From a virus (Duplodnaviria; Caudoviricetes), in the IMG/VR virus record IMGVR_UViG_3300035696_000029, positions 1-64,000 of that record: a stretch of 64,000 bases of DNA; one strand, 5' to 3'. Below the pieces are notes generated by a model, which saw only the letters and a list, made by a program, of their open reading frames with translations, did not search any database and was not told the origin of the DNA. Shown in pieces: positions 17,722 through 28,149 of the stretch. The translations under genes and the position numbers were made by a program. Position 1 is the first letter of the stretch; every line of letters starts with the position of its first letter.

Positions 17722-20700
17722 TTAAGTCACAGTACAGGATTGAACATTAGAGAACGGTGAAATTCCATCCTGATTTTGAGCTTGAACACGGAACAGATAA
17801 GCACTAGGATTCAACGAGAGTTGCGTGAAGGTTAGTGCTCCTGAACCAATAGAAACTGGGATCCACGAAGATCCGCCATTGTTCGAATATTGCAGGTTAT
17901 AGTTAGAAATCAAATTGGGATATTCTTGTGTCCAACTTAGCGAAACTGTATGCCCATCAACTACTGGAGCAGCCAGAACAGGAGCCGTTGGTAGACCCGA
18001 ATAGGTAGACTCGGTTTCAAAAAGAATTTCACCCGTATTTACTGTTTGATTAATTAATTGACTCTTATTCCAAGTACCTAGAATAGCTCCGTGAGAGAGG
18101 TCAATCAGCGTTTCGTAAGTGTCTCCATTTGTATCTACTGTGCCCAAAAGAACTTTACCTGTGCGTAAGTTTTCTACATTAGAAGTACGAATCCATAGCA
18201 CATTGTCTGCACCAGAGAGCAAATTGGATTCAACCGTGAGTTCCAAGAAACCTTCTACACTCATTGTGCTCGAACGAACCTGCAGCAATAAACAACCATC
18301 CGGTCCTGACAGCGCGATAATGCGAACGTCGTCGTACGAAATTGTGCAAGTGATTTTGTTGAATCTCATGCTAGCAGTAATGCTAGTCAACGGAATTGTC
18401 GTATCCGGATTGTCTGTATTGATCAAAGGTGCTGTGCTGTAACGATACAAAGTATTCGGACCGCCTAACAAGTTGCTCGCATCAAGAACTAAAGTGTAAT
18501 CTTGCTCAGTATGGACAGCATCCAAAATAGGAGTACTACCTGGTGTAAACAATTTACGAAGCAAGAGTATTGCGGGACTTACACCCCCAAAGACGGAGAC
18601 AGAACCTTGAGCAATTAAGAGATAGCGATCTCCTCCACTTAGAGCAGAATTGCGTTTCACGCTGAAGAAATTTGAATAGAGAGTAGAGACATCCAAAGAA
18701 CTCCAAGCCAAAGGAGGACTACTCTGATTGCGTTCTGAGATTGGTGCCGGATTTGAACCATCCATAAAGATGGAACGAGATACCCGCAGTGTATCGGGAT
18801 AAGCATCGACATAAGCCGCTACTATTACATTAACGTTTGAAGAAACAGCAGGATTTACTCCATCGTTTACAGTAAGATTGAAAGTCAGAGTTTCCCCTTC
18901 AACCAATACACCATTGGTAAGTATAGTGAGTGAAGGACTAGTAAATCCACCAACACTAGCTACAGTTGTTCCCGCCGTTTGTTCCCAAATGTACGTTGTT
19001 GAATCATCTGGGTCTGTTACGCCTGTGTAAATGGGCACAATATTGACAACGGAATTCCGAGCAGCGTTAATTGGATTAGTTGGGAATGTAATTGTGGGAG
19101 CATTGTTTACAGGTACAGTTACCGAAGCAGTAGCAAACTGAGTAGCACGGATGGCAAAGCCTGTTTCGGCTGCTGGTCCATAGGTTCCAACATAAGTATA
19201 ACTAGCTGTAAATTGAGTTCCACTAGCAGTCGCTACCGTAAGCACTTGATCGTTTAAGAATGTAGCTGTCTGAAGCTGATAGAGCAGAACAACATCTCCT
19301 GAACTAAGAGTATTCACGCAAGTTATTGTAGCCACATTGCTAGCAATGCTGACATTTGTTACATTGAACGGAGGGTGGCGCAACAGGGCCACTTCACCTG
19401 TATCAGGTGTAGGTCCGTAATTAGTGTAAGTAAAATTAGCTGTAAATTGTGTAGGAGAAGCAGTCACAATGGTTAAAATCTGACCATTCAAAAAACGAGC
19501 ATTCTGAAGATTGAAGAGACCTATCTCTTGCCCAGAACTAAAACTGTTAGGAACAGTAACTGTCAATAAATTACCTGCAACTTGGATTTGAGTTACGGTA
19601 TCAGAAGGATAAGTATCAACATCGACTACAGCTACTGTAAAGGCACGTGCGGTTCCGCCTACGCTTTGTGGAACTGTAAGAGTAGCATGCTGACTATCCT
19701 GTGTAGGTATCAATGTAATAAGAGAACTGGGATCGTTTTCTGACCAAGTAAATACAACATTATCTCCATCACTCTCTGTATAATGACTAGCATCGAAAAC
19801 AAATGGATGTCCCCGTAGTACAACTTGAGATGAAGGAATTAGCGAAGCAACAGGAGGAACATTCATTCCCGATACATACGCGGGAGTGTTAACCGTTGGT
19901 CCAGTAGTTTCTTGCTCAGCAACGATAGCCCAATCGGTCGTATCATCAATGGGAGTCTTGCTACCGCGTAGCCAAGTGAAGTTTAACTCGTTGTAAAAAC
20001 CCGGTATGTTCGTTAATCCTAAGTTGCCTAAGTTAACCGAAGCCAATTGCAATGGATAAGCCGGACCACCCACTTGTCCCGTAAGTAGATCCTCTAACAA
20101 ATAGGCAACCTTGACACCCTGCGTTTGAGCTAAAGAAAGAGTGCTCTGTACAATCGAGCCGCCCAAAACAGATCCCGGTGTGATATGAAAGAACCATGGA
20201 TTAGGCGGATTCAAATAGCCTAGCACTAAATTGCCAATGATACCTTCAGGATGATTCAATTGTGTATAGAATGTCTGGCAAACATAGCGATTACCCGCAG
20301 CATCAGGCAACACGGTTAAACGATCGTCTGAATAACGACCCGTAAAAGCATAGATCTCTGTAGGCGAGACGTCCCAAATGGAGCTGCCATTTCTGTTAGT
20401 GAGGTAAATTGTAAACAGTTGATCCTGAAATGTAATAACTCGTGGATGCTGTTCAAAGTAAAGTTCTACCAGTATACCATCAGGAGAAACGAGAGAAACA
20501 GAATTGAATGTAACCAGTGATGATGGATTTGTAGCCGAACGATCAGGAGAATTAAACAACTGTGTTGTAGACAGAATGGCATCATTGTTACTGTCAACAT
20601 CTAGCTCAAAGACTACCAGACTATGCCCCGGTAGAGACAGAACAGGAGTAACAGGGTCGGTCAGCACAACGGCTACGATCTTGTGCCCATTGCCTAGAAC

Positions 20701-21090
20701 AATAATGTCATAAGCCGAACGAATGCGCTCTGCTGTAGCTAAAACAACAGGAGCATGCAAAGTGTTAGTTGTGGTATCGAAACGGAATTTAATCAAGTCA
20801 AACAAAAGAGGATTAGTTGCGTTGTTCCGTAATCCTATAATGTGAATGACTTGTCCTGTAGGATCGTAGGCTATAACCGGAGCGAATTCTTGATTAGGAG
20901 TAGAAAATGTGTAAGTTGCTTTGGTTGTAAAACTAGCGCCGATGTAGAAGGAAGTGGACTTTAGAATTACAAAAGTGTTGTCTTGACGAACATTGCTAAC
21001 AACGTACAGAGCACCACCCACTTCTATGAACTGAGCGTTTCCTTCCAGGTCAGCTTGTGCCCACGGTTGTGTATCTAAGGTCGTTAACAC
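17722..21090 (-). CDS. large modular virion protein (1122 aa; Ig/PKD-like repeats, C-terminal FN3-like domain)
   Basis: T/S/V/N-rich; duplicated ~70-aa module; terminal PxAP...LSW...Y.LQY...YLFRVQAQN...S..SN. Confidence 0.65.
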   Translation of the reverse strand: MLTTLDTQPWAQADLEGNAQFIEVGGALYVVSNVRQDNTFVILKSTSFYIGASFTTKATYTFSTPNQEFAPVIAYDPTGQVIHIIGLRNNATNPLLFDLIKFRFDTTTNTLHAPVVLATAERIRSAYDIIVLGNGHKIVAVVLTDPVTPVLSLPGHSLVVFELDVDSNNDAILSTTQLFNSPDRSATNPSSLVTFNSVSLVSPDGILVELYFEQHPRVITFQDQLFTIYLTNRNGSSIWDVSPTEIYAFTGRYSDDRLTVLPDAAGNRYVCQTFYTQLNHPEGIIGNLVLGYLNPPNPWFFHITPGSVLGGSIVQSTLSLAQTQGVKVAYLLEDLLTGQVGGPAYPLQLASVNLGNLGLTNIPGFYNELNFTWLRGSKTPIDDTTDWAIVAEQETTGPTVNTPAYVSGMNVPPVASLIPSSQVVLRGHPFVFDASHYTESDGDNVVFTWSENDPSSLITLIPTQDSQHATLTVPQSVGGTARAFTVAVVDVDTYPSDTVTQIQVAGNLLTVTVPNSFSSGQEIGLFNLQNARFLNGQILTIVTASPTQFTANFTYTNYGPTPDTGEVALLRHPPFNVTNVSIASNVATITCVNTLSSGDVVLLYQLQTATFLNDQVLTVATASGTQFTASYTYVGTYGPAAETGFAIRATQFATASVTVPVNNAPTITFPTNPINAARNSVVNIVPIYTGVTDPDDSTTYIWEQTAGTTVASVGGFTSPSLTILTNGVLVEGETLTFNLTVNDGVNPAVSSNVNVIVAAYVDAYPDTLRVSRSIFMDGSNPAPISERNQSSPPLAWSSLDVSTLYSNFFSVKRNSALSGGDRYLLIAQGSVSVFGGVSPAILLLRKLFTPGSTPILDAVHTEQDYTLVLDASNLLGGPNTLYRYSTAPLINTDNPDTTIPLTSITASMRFNKITCTISYDDVRIIALSGPDGCLLLQVRSSTMSVEGFLELTVESNLLSGADNVLWIRTSNVENLRTGKVLLGTVDTNGDTYETLIDLSHGAILGTWNKSQLINQTVNTGEILFETESTYSGLPTAPVLAAPVVDGHTVSLSWTQEYPNLISNYNLQYSNNGGSSWIPVSIGSGALTFTQLSLNPSAYLFRVQAQNQDGISPFSNVQSCTVT

Positions 21091-21095
21091 GAGGA

Positions 21096-23579
21096 CTACA
21101 TACCTTCTCCGGTACCTTCCGGACCTTCATCATTGTTGTCAACTTCATTCAGTTGTAGACCTTCAATCACACGCTTGAGCAAATCAGACTTACTTAGAAT
21201 CAACTCAGACATGCTCTGATACAACGAAGAGAGCAATTCGTTAAACTTGGAGTCATTAACCGTGAACAAACTGTCTTCCAATTTGCGCTTGCAATCTTCA
21301 GGGTCAATGTTCAGGAATTCATAGATAATCTCTACTGGTAAACTACCCTTAGCATAGAGGTTAAACAGCATGTCGTACAAGTCACCCGAATCGCGCAAAG
21401 CCATACGGCTAAAGGAAATCTTCGGATAGATCCAGCGAGGACGACCCCACTTATCTGTTTCGTAGAAACCCTTCTTCATAGCGATGGGCTTGAAGATCAT
21501 TTCTTCGACAAGATCGGTAATCAAATCGCGGAATTGCAAATACGCTGTGTTAAGGATTTCTAATTGAATGCGGTTGCCACTGTAAAGTCCTTCACCAATT
21601 AGGATTTCAGGCGAAAGACCTAGACCAATGGCAAGGTCAGAGTTTGTGTGTTGATACTCACCGTCTAGCGCCAGCAAGCGAGCTTCAGAACCAATCTCAT
21701 TCCACTGTGCCTCATAGTTCACAACGATTGTGAAATCGGGATCGGCCTTAGCTTCATCAATTAATGCGCGCAGGGCAAACACTTCGGACATTGGTACGCC
21801 AGGAGCAACAACCATTGTCTTAGGCGTCATATTGCGAGAAGCAATAGTACTCTGCACCTGACGCAGCTTTTCACGATAGATGCAAGACCGAATTACAGGT
21901 TGGATAATCGAACGACCGTGCAATTCGTAATTTGCTTTCTTACGAGCAAAGTGAACTACATAAGAGCCTTTGAATGGATCCTGATTCAGAGGAATCTTAC
22001 CTTCCTGCTGAATCTTGTCCTTAACTTCGTTAGGAACATTCTCAGCTTGCAAGTATTGTTCCTTCTGAGCTTCGGGTGGTTTGTAGTAGATGGTAGGACC
22101 GTCGGTTAACGTTCCCTCGTTACTCATCTCCATTTGTTCAGGTGGAAGAATCTGGATACGGAAGAATCCTCGATACTTCGGATTTGTAATGTGCGAGAAG
22201 AGTTCTAGCTCTTCTTTACGTTTTTCACGCAACTCCTTCAATTTTTCGAGCAATTGCTTCTTGCGTTCTAAGAGCTTTATGTAATGACGCATCTGCATGA
22301 GTTCACGTTGCGTCTGCATACTGACACCTAATGCTACAGCATCCTTAGCGGCTCCGCCTAAATCAGCTGGAGTAACAGGCATTCCGCCACCACCACCCCC
22401 GCCCATAGGTACAGCCCCTGCTGCACCACCTTCAGGAACCGTGACATCCGCCATACCCTCCGGTCCTAATGGTGCTCCCTCGCCGCCAGCAGCCGGGTCT
22501 GCGCCAGGATCTGCGCCGGGTTCCCCAGGTGCTCCGCCAGGTGCAGCAGGATCCACAGCAGGAGCAGCGCCAGGGACTGGATCTCCTGGGGCAGCTGTAA
22601 CCTGAATGGGATACTCATCTGCATGATTCACACGACCAACAACCTTAGCAACTTTGCGCTGTTTCTTAAGAAGTTCAGCCTTCTTAGCTTTGATTAGACT
22701 GATAACTGAATCTAAAGACTCTTCTGGGTCAAACTTGATACCAGCAGTTTTTAATGTGTTAAGAGTATTGGCAGCTTTGGCAATAAGAGATGCTTTGCGA
22801 GTAGGCTCAATCCAATCCATGATTTGGTCGGCAGTTCCACCCATTGGAGGATTGAATGCAGCTTCGCTTCCAGTTTCGCTATTCTCGCCTGGATCACCCT
22901 CTTCCAATTGTTTCTTAGCAGCGGGACAAGGTTCAACTTTTTCTTTTTCCTCAATGTAATAAAAAGCCTCACCCATCATCCAGTATTCACGAGCACCATC
23001 AATCAAAACAGAGAACAACTTCTTTTCTCGGCATAATCCTTGATAGAAGTCATAGATGTAGTCTTTGTACTCTTCGCTGGAACACTTAGGTTTATCCAAA
23101 GTAACTTTGGACAGAGGAAGTTCCGTGTGCATGTTGATAGCACGGGAAACAATAGGATCCCGGTCGTAAGCTAGACGATAGAAACGAAGTTCTTCAGCAC
23201 GAGATTGAGGCAATTCTAATGCATCAACAGGAAACTCATAGGAGTAATAACCGATGTTTTGGGAGTCAACAATATCGGCTCCGCCCAGCATACCCTCGCC
23301 AAATAGAGCAGCGGTTTTACTTTCTCCACCAAATACTAGCGCATTAGCTGCACCACGGATGTTCCGCATCTTGTTGCGATATGCGGTATCATCTACGATT
23401 TCACCCTTGGTATTGAGTGAAGAATAACGACCTGCCGAGGCATACTCGCGTGTTATTCCTGTATTAGGATCAGGACCTGTTGCAACTTTACGAGGCTTAC
23501 TGTGTCCACCGCCCACACGTGTGTTAGTTCCACGTTCGCGAGTACCGACTCTTTTACCTGTTTCTGGAGTTTCTGCCAT
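21096..23579 (-). CDS. portal protein with large low-complexity insertion
   Basis: YDRDPIVSRAINMHTELP, HFARK...HGRSII portal-like motifs; size 827 aa. Confidence 0.8.
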   Translation of the reverse strand: MAETPETGKRVGTRERGTNTRVGGGHSKPRKVATGPDPNTGITREYASAGRYSSLNTKGEIVDDTAYRNKMRNIRGAANALVFGGESKTAALFGEGMLGGADIVDSQNIGYYSYEFPVDALELPQSRAEELRFYRLAYDRDPIVSRAINMHTELPLSKVTLDKPKCSSEEYKDYIYDFYQGLCREKKLFSVLIDGAREYWMMGEAFYYIEEKEKVEPCPAAKKQLEEGDPGENSETGSEAAFNPPMGGTADQIMDWIEPTRKASLIAKAANTLNTLKTAGIKFDPEESLDSVISLIKAKKAELLKKQRKVAKVVGRVNHADEYPIQVTAAPGDPVPGAAPAVDPAAPGGAPGEPGADPGADPAAGGEGAPLGPEGMADVTVPEGGAAGAVPMGGGGGGGMPVTPADLGGAAKDAVALGVSMQTQRELMQMRHYIKLLERKKQLLEKLKELREKRKEELELFSHITNPKYRGFFRIQILPPEQMEMSNEGTLTDGPTIYYKPPEAQKEQYLQAENVPNEVKDKIQQEGKIPLNQDPFKGSYVVHFARKKANYELHGRSIIQPVIRSCIYREKLRQVQSTIASRNMTPKTMVVAPGVPMSEVFALRALIDEAKADPDFTIVVNYEAQWNEIGSEARLLALDGEYQHTNSDLAIGLGLSPEILIGEGLYSGNRIQLEILNTAYLQFRDLITDLVEEMIFKPIAMKKGFYETDKWGRPRWIYPKISFSRMALRDSGDLYDMLFNLYAKGSLPVEIIYEFLNIDPEDCKRKLEDSLFTVNDSKFNELLSSLYQSMSELILSKSDLLKRVIEGLQLNEVDNNDEGPEGTGEGM

Positions 23580-23614
23580 GCGTTCCCTCTAAAACTACTT
23601 TCGGAATTGACCTT

Positions 23615-24406
23615 TTATTCTTCCGGTAGCTCGGAGCCATGCTCTTCTCGGGCAATTTTTTCTTGCCTTGCGACGCTACGGAGCTTGTCCCGATTTCTGA
23701 TCTCTTCAACTGCTTGTTCCATCAATTGCTTAGGATCAAGGGCAACCGATGGTGCTACAACACTGTTCACCGGATAAGGTTGATGCTCTTGCTTAACCGG
23801 ACGAGTCTTATTGCTCTTCTTTTGCGTTGCAGCACGCTTTTCATTCCAATACTGTAACCGCGACTTACTGAATCGTTCTTCCATAGCTAATGCGGCTGCG
23901 ACTTTAGTTTGACGAACTTCACTTAGTCCCTTAACAACAGTTTTCAATTGATCAAAAAGAGGAGTTAGAGCCACTTGATCTTCTGTTGTATGAGCTTCTA
24001 ACATCTTTCGGTACCAGCCCATTGAAGACTGAATCTCAGCAAATGCCCGCGAGAGAATAGCTGTTAGCTCGCGTTGCTTAACTTGTTCAAATTTCTGAAT
24101 CATCAATTCAAGTTCATTAAGTTGATTGAGAAATTCCTGAATCTTATCACCTAAAGATTCAGCTTGTCTTCGACGAGATACGGCTACATCATCTAAAATA
24201 ACGGCAACACGATGCAACGAGCGACGAGCATCTAAACTAGCTTGTGCTGCCGAACCCATTTGAATGTAACAATGAGTAGAGTCGTAGGGAAGCACTTTTT
24301 CTGTAGTACGGATGCCTTTGACACCTGTTCGGCGTGGCTTAGGTTCAGGCTTAGGAAGTGTGCCAGTATCTTCTACTGGTACTTCTAGTTTGGGATCATC
24401 TGGCAT
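23615..24406 (-). CDS. coiled-coil hypothetical protein (263 aa)
   Basis: Long helical heptad segment. Confidence 0.6.
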   Translation of the reverse strand: MPDDPKLEVPVEDTGTLPKPEPKPRRTGVKGIRTTEKVLPYDSTHCYIQMGSAAQASLDARRSLHRVAVILDDVAVSRRRQAESLGDKIQEFLNQLNELELMIQKFEQVKQRELTAILSRAFAEIQSSMGWYRKMLEAHTTEDQVALTPLFDQLKTVVKGLSEVRQTKVAAALAMEERFSKSRLQYWNEKRAATQKKSNKTRPVKQEHQPYPVNSVVAPSVALDPKQLMEQAVEEIRNRDKLRSVARQEKIAREEHGSELPEE

Positions 24407-24478
24407 TTAATAATTAACCTAACAGCTTGTTAGCAAAATGTCGTTCGAATTCAAATCCTGTACCAAACACTTAGGCTC

Positions 24479-27400
24479 CTAACTTTGCTTCAGGTATTCG
24501 TTTGGCACGGAATTAACGCCGACATCGTTGATATCTAACACTTTACCTTGGTAGCGAACAGTAATTTTATTGCGACCAATTCCTAAAGCTGCTCGAAATC
24601 GTTTAATAGTGGTCGGATCCATATCGATCAGTTCAGGAACAGCGTTTTTAGGAGCAATCGGAGCAGTTTTCTTTGGTTTCTTGGGTAACGGCACTTCTCC
24701 AATCACTTCATCTTCAGATTCTGTGGTGGTTATGGGTGTTTCAGGAGTAGAGGACGTCTCTTCGTTGCTCTCTGCCGTAGAGACAGTGGTCTGAGGATCC
24801 TCAGGAGGTTCTTCCTTGCCTAAAATCATTAGAACAGGTCTCTTGACATTGGCAGTCAAAGGTATTGCTCCCAAGAAACCAAATTCAGGAGCGATACCAC
24901 GATCTTTTACTGTCAATTCTTGACGAGCTTCATACTGTTCCAGGGTTTCCATCTTATCTTCATCAGCATCGGGAATTTCATCGGTACGCCAGAATTCGTC
25001 AAGTTGTAAAGCGGCCAATAGAGTACTCTTAATTTCTTTTCGACCGCTTACACTTTCGTGCGCTCCCAACAATCTACTCTTAAAGATAAGATCTGCTGCC
25101 GACCATGCTCGTGGATGTAGATTTTCCTTCAACCAATTGCCTGCTCTATCGACGCGACGAGTGTCTTCGCTAGTTAAAGCTTTGAACAAGTTCTTAACCG
25201 TGTCTACGTCAAAATTGGAAGGTACATAATTCTCCATGCCTGCAATCTTTGTCCAAGCTGCAGGTCTGTGCCCATCATCACCCGTCAAGTGATGCTCAAC
25301 ATCCCAACTCAAGCCGTATTCGCAGTCGCACTCAATAGGCACTCGCCAATTCATCTTCTCATGATATTTGCGCAATTTCATCATACGCATAATGCGGGGG
25401 ATAACAAACGGAACATACTCATTCTTTACAGCAAAGTCAATTTCATCGTGAACCGATAGATACAATCGGAAGATGGTTTGAATGGCAGGATCCTTTAAGG
25501 TCCAAGCACGGATGCGATTCAAACTAATGCGCATGAAATCCCCGGCTAATCCTTGAATCGGGATGTTAACTGCCACACGCTGAATCTTACCCATAAAGCT
25601 GTTGTAATCTTTATAATTGCGAACACCTGAAGTCTGATCCTTCCACAAACGATCGTAAGCAGCTTTACACTTAGCGGCTAACTCTTCGTTGCCATTCTTC
25701 TTAGCTTCTTCTTCCTTCTTGATCAAATTACGATAATCCCAATAAGTATCGGTCTCTTCCTGAGTAGGTTTATGTAGACCCAAGGATTCCATAGCAGATT
25801 TGAAATTTATCACCCGGCCTGTTGCCGTTTGGCAAGTCATGTGCTCTTTAGCTATGGCTTGTTTCTTCTGGCACCAATCGGCAAAGACTGGCACACCTTC
25901 CCAGTATTTTGCCACCATTCCTTCGCATTCTTCCCAGGTAACATTGGGATCGACTTTCTTCATGCTCTCATAGATGGTGTAAACGGTTCCGCCATACAGC
26001 AGAGCGAAATTCATAATCTTAGCACGATGACGTAAGGCTTTCTTGGTAGCCGCGTCAGTGTTAGGATCATTAAAAGCAGGGAAGACTTTGCTAGCTGTTA
26101 GAGCATGAAAGTCACCTTTACCCTCCAGGAATTCCTTAACGAATTCAGGTTCCCCCGAACAGTTAGCTGCGGCTCGCATTTCAATGTTGGAATAGTCTAT
26201 GACGAAGAATGTCCAACCCGGAGGAGCAACCATCAAAGTACGAATGTTGATGACCTGATTAGCATCCATGCGAGTGTTGGGAATCAGAATTTTGAATTTC
26301 TCAGCACAAGAAGTACACTTAGGAACTAGGCAGATAGCATAGCCCATGTAATTAGCAATGTGGTTATTGACTATGCCCGGAGCCTTTTTGCGAACCTTGT
26401 GCTTCTCGATTACAGGTAGACGGAGAGGAGTGTGCTCGTTTCTTGTAGACTCATCTATGCCGTCTGGGAATTGGTTAGGATAGATAGTTTCGGATTCAAC
26501 TTCCAATCTATCACTGAGGCTACCTTCTCTATAATGGGTTTCTTTCCAACCAACTGTGACCTCTTCTTCAACTTCCTTAAAGCAAGACGGATGAAGATCG
26601 GCTTCATCGTAGGGAGTAATCTCCTCAACAGGAATAAAATCCGGTTCTAAGATATTACCACGGACCCACCAGTTGCCCTCAACTCGTTTAATGCCTTGCG
26701 GGTTCAAGCCAAAACCACCATCAACATCAAAATCACCACCAGCTGCCGACAGACGACCTCCGGCTACAACATTTTGCTTTAGGTAGATACGAGCACTGTT
26801 ATCACGCAAGTCGTACCGTAGTTTCTCAGGGTGAAGAGCAACGTAATCCTTGTACTTTGCAAACAGCTTCAAGAATTCGTCATCCGGATACAGTTTCTTA
26901 AGTTCTTCTACCACTTCGGCATCGCAAGAAGGATTCTTAGCTTCGGTCATGCGAATGATTTTGAACTTCTTTATCTTGAAGAAAAGATTAGCCAGCTGCG
27001 GATTGCTATTAGGATTAAAGCGGTCTTCTTCCTGTACCGTACCGTCTTCTTGTTTCTCTTCCTGGAATCCAGCTTCAAGTGCTAACCGACGCAACTCAGC
27101 TTCCATCTCGGCTAAGGTGTCCTCATGCCACTTGACCGTTCGCTTATGCTTGGGCACATCTACCAAAAAGCGTTGGCGCTCGAGGAAAGTAAGCGACTCA
27201 ACCATTTCCTGATCGATGCGATGAATCAAAGCACGACTCTGAGCCTTTTCCCGCATCAATTGCCACAGGAGCCAAGTACAAATAGCGTCACCCGCAGCGT
27301 ACCAGAGAGCAATCTCCGTAGGTACCCAAGTGAAAGGTACATATTGAACACGTTGAGTGACTTTCTGTGTCAAAGAATTAAAGAAGTCAGCACGAACCTT

Positions 27401-28138
27401 CATCAATTCGTCACTCTTAATTTGTTCAATGCCTAAAAGTTCTTCGCTTAGAGCCTTTAAGCCTCCGCTGTCTCCTGTGTATTGACCACGTGCTTCATCA
27501 CCAAAGTCATGCTTAGGATCGTTGATGTACTGTAGCACTTGAACATCTTCAAAATACGGATAGCCTCTCAACGTAATGCCCAAGCAGATACGGATAACTT
27601 CCCGGTCATACTTAGCGTGATAAAATACAAGATGACTACGATCAAACAACCATTGTAGAACTTCGGCTACATCTTCACGACTAATGTTATGGCCATCTTC
27701 GTGATGGATAGGAACATAAAGACCTTCAACTCCATCGGCAGACAAACAGATACCCGCTATTTCCATGTTTACTTCGTAACCCAGGGAGAGAGTACCGTCG
27801 GGATTTTCTTTTATGATAGTAAAAATGCGAGTGTCAAGGCCGATGTTCTCAGTGTCAACCGCTATAACAGGCATCTTCTCTTTGGTAAGAAAATGCTCAA
27901 CATGACGGCTCTCATCCTCAACAACCCGACGTGCCCAATCCCACAAGGTTGTCTTGTCTGTTACAAGACGGAAAGCTTTCGTAGCCATCCAAGGCTTCTT
28001 CAATTTCTCAATGTCAAGCGTAGCTAAATGCTTACGAAAGACAGTACGAATGTCCCGTTTTTCACGAGGTTTCTTACCAGCAACCTTTTTGGTTTTCTTG
28101 AGTTCTTCAGGCTGGATATTCTCTTGTTGGACCTTCAT
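24479..28138 (-). CDS. polA: family A DNA polymerase with 3'-5' exonuclease
   Basis: Exo I DTE, Exo II HAKYD, Exo III YAAGD; motif A IDYSNIEMR, motif B RxxAKIMNFALLYG, motif C VHDEI. Confidence 0.95.
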   Translation of the reverse strand: MKVQQENIQPEELKKTKKVAGKKPREKRDIRTVFRKHLATLDIEKLKKPWMATKAFRLVTDKTTLWDWARRVVEDESRHVEHFLTKEKMPVIAVDTENIGLDTRIFTIIKENPDGTLSLGYEVNMEIAGICLSADGVEGLYVPIHHEDGHNISREDVAEVLQWLFDRSHLVFYHAKYDREVIRICLGITLRGYPYFEDVQVLQYINDPKHDFGDEARGQYTGDSGGLKALSEELLGIEQIKSDELMKVRADFFNSLTQKVTQRVQYVPFTWVPTEIALWYAAGDAICTWLLWQLMREKAQSRALIHRIDQEMVESLTFLERQRFLVDVPKHKRTVKWHEDTLAEMEAELRRLALEAGFQEEKQEDGTVQEEDRFNPNSNPQLANLFFKIKKFKIIRMTEAKNPSCDAEVVEELKKLYPDDEFLKLFAKYKDYVALHPEKLRYDLRDNSARIYLKQNVVAGGRLSAAGGDFDVDGGFGLNPQGIKRVEGNWWVRGNILEPDFIPVEEITPYDEADLHPSCFKEVEEEVTVGWKETHYREGSLSDRLEVESETIYPNQFPDGIDESTRNEHTPLRLPVIEKHKVRKKAPGIVNNHIANYMGYAICLVPKCTSCAEKFKILIPNTRMDANQVINIRTLMVAPPGWTFFVIDYSNIEMRAAANCSGEPEFVKEFLEGKGDFHALTASKVFPAFNDPNTDAATKKALRHRAKIMNFALLYGGTVYTIYESMKKVDPNVTWEECEGMVAKYWEGVPVFADWCQKKQAIAKEHMTCQTATGRVINFKSAMESLGLHKPTQEETDTYWDYRNLIKKEEEAKKNGNEELAAKCKAAYDRLWKDQTSGVRNYKDYNSFMGKIQRVAVNIPIQGLAGDFMRISLNRIRAWTLKDPAIQTIFRLYLSVHDEIDFAVKNEYVPFVIPRIMRMMKLRKYHEKMNWRVPIECDCEYGLSWDVEHHLTGDDGHRPAAWTKIAGMENYVPSNFDVDTVKNLFKALTSEDTRRVDRAGNWLKENLHPRAWSAADLIFKSRLLGAHESVSGRKEIKSTLLAALQLDEFWRTDEIPDADEDKMETLEQYEARQELTVKDRGIAPEFGFLGAIPLTANVKRPVLMILGKEEPPEDPQTTVSTAESNEETSSTPETPITTTESEDEVIGEVPLPKKPKKTAPIAPKNAVPELIDMDPTTIKRFRAALGIGRNKITVRYQGKVLDINDVGVNSVPNEYLKQS

Positions 28139-28149
28139 GCTTGTTTTCT

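Noticed and set aside
24407-24478. Intergenic GTTCGAATTC resembling a tRNA T-loop
   Set aside because: No acceptor, D or anticodon stems could be built; no tRNA found by eye anywhere in the window.
26255-26690. Polymerase insertion as an intein
   Set aside because: No N-terminal Cys/Ser block A, no terminal His-Asn, no LAGLIDADG motifs.
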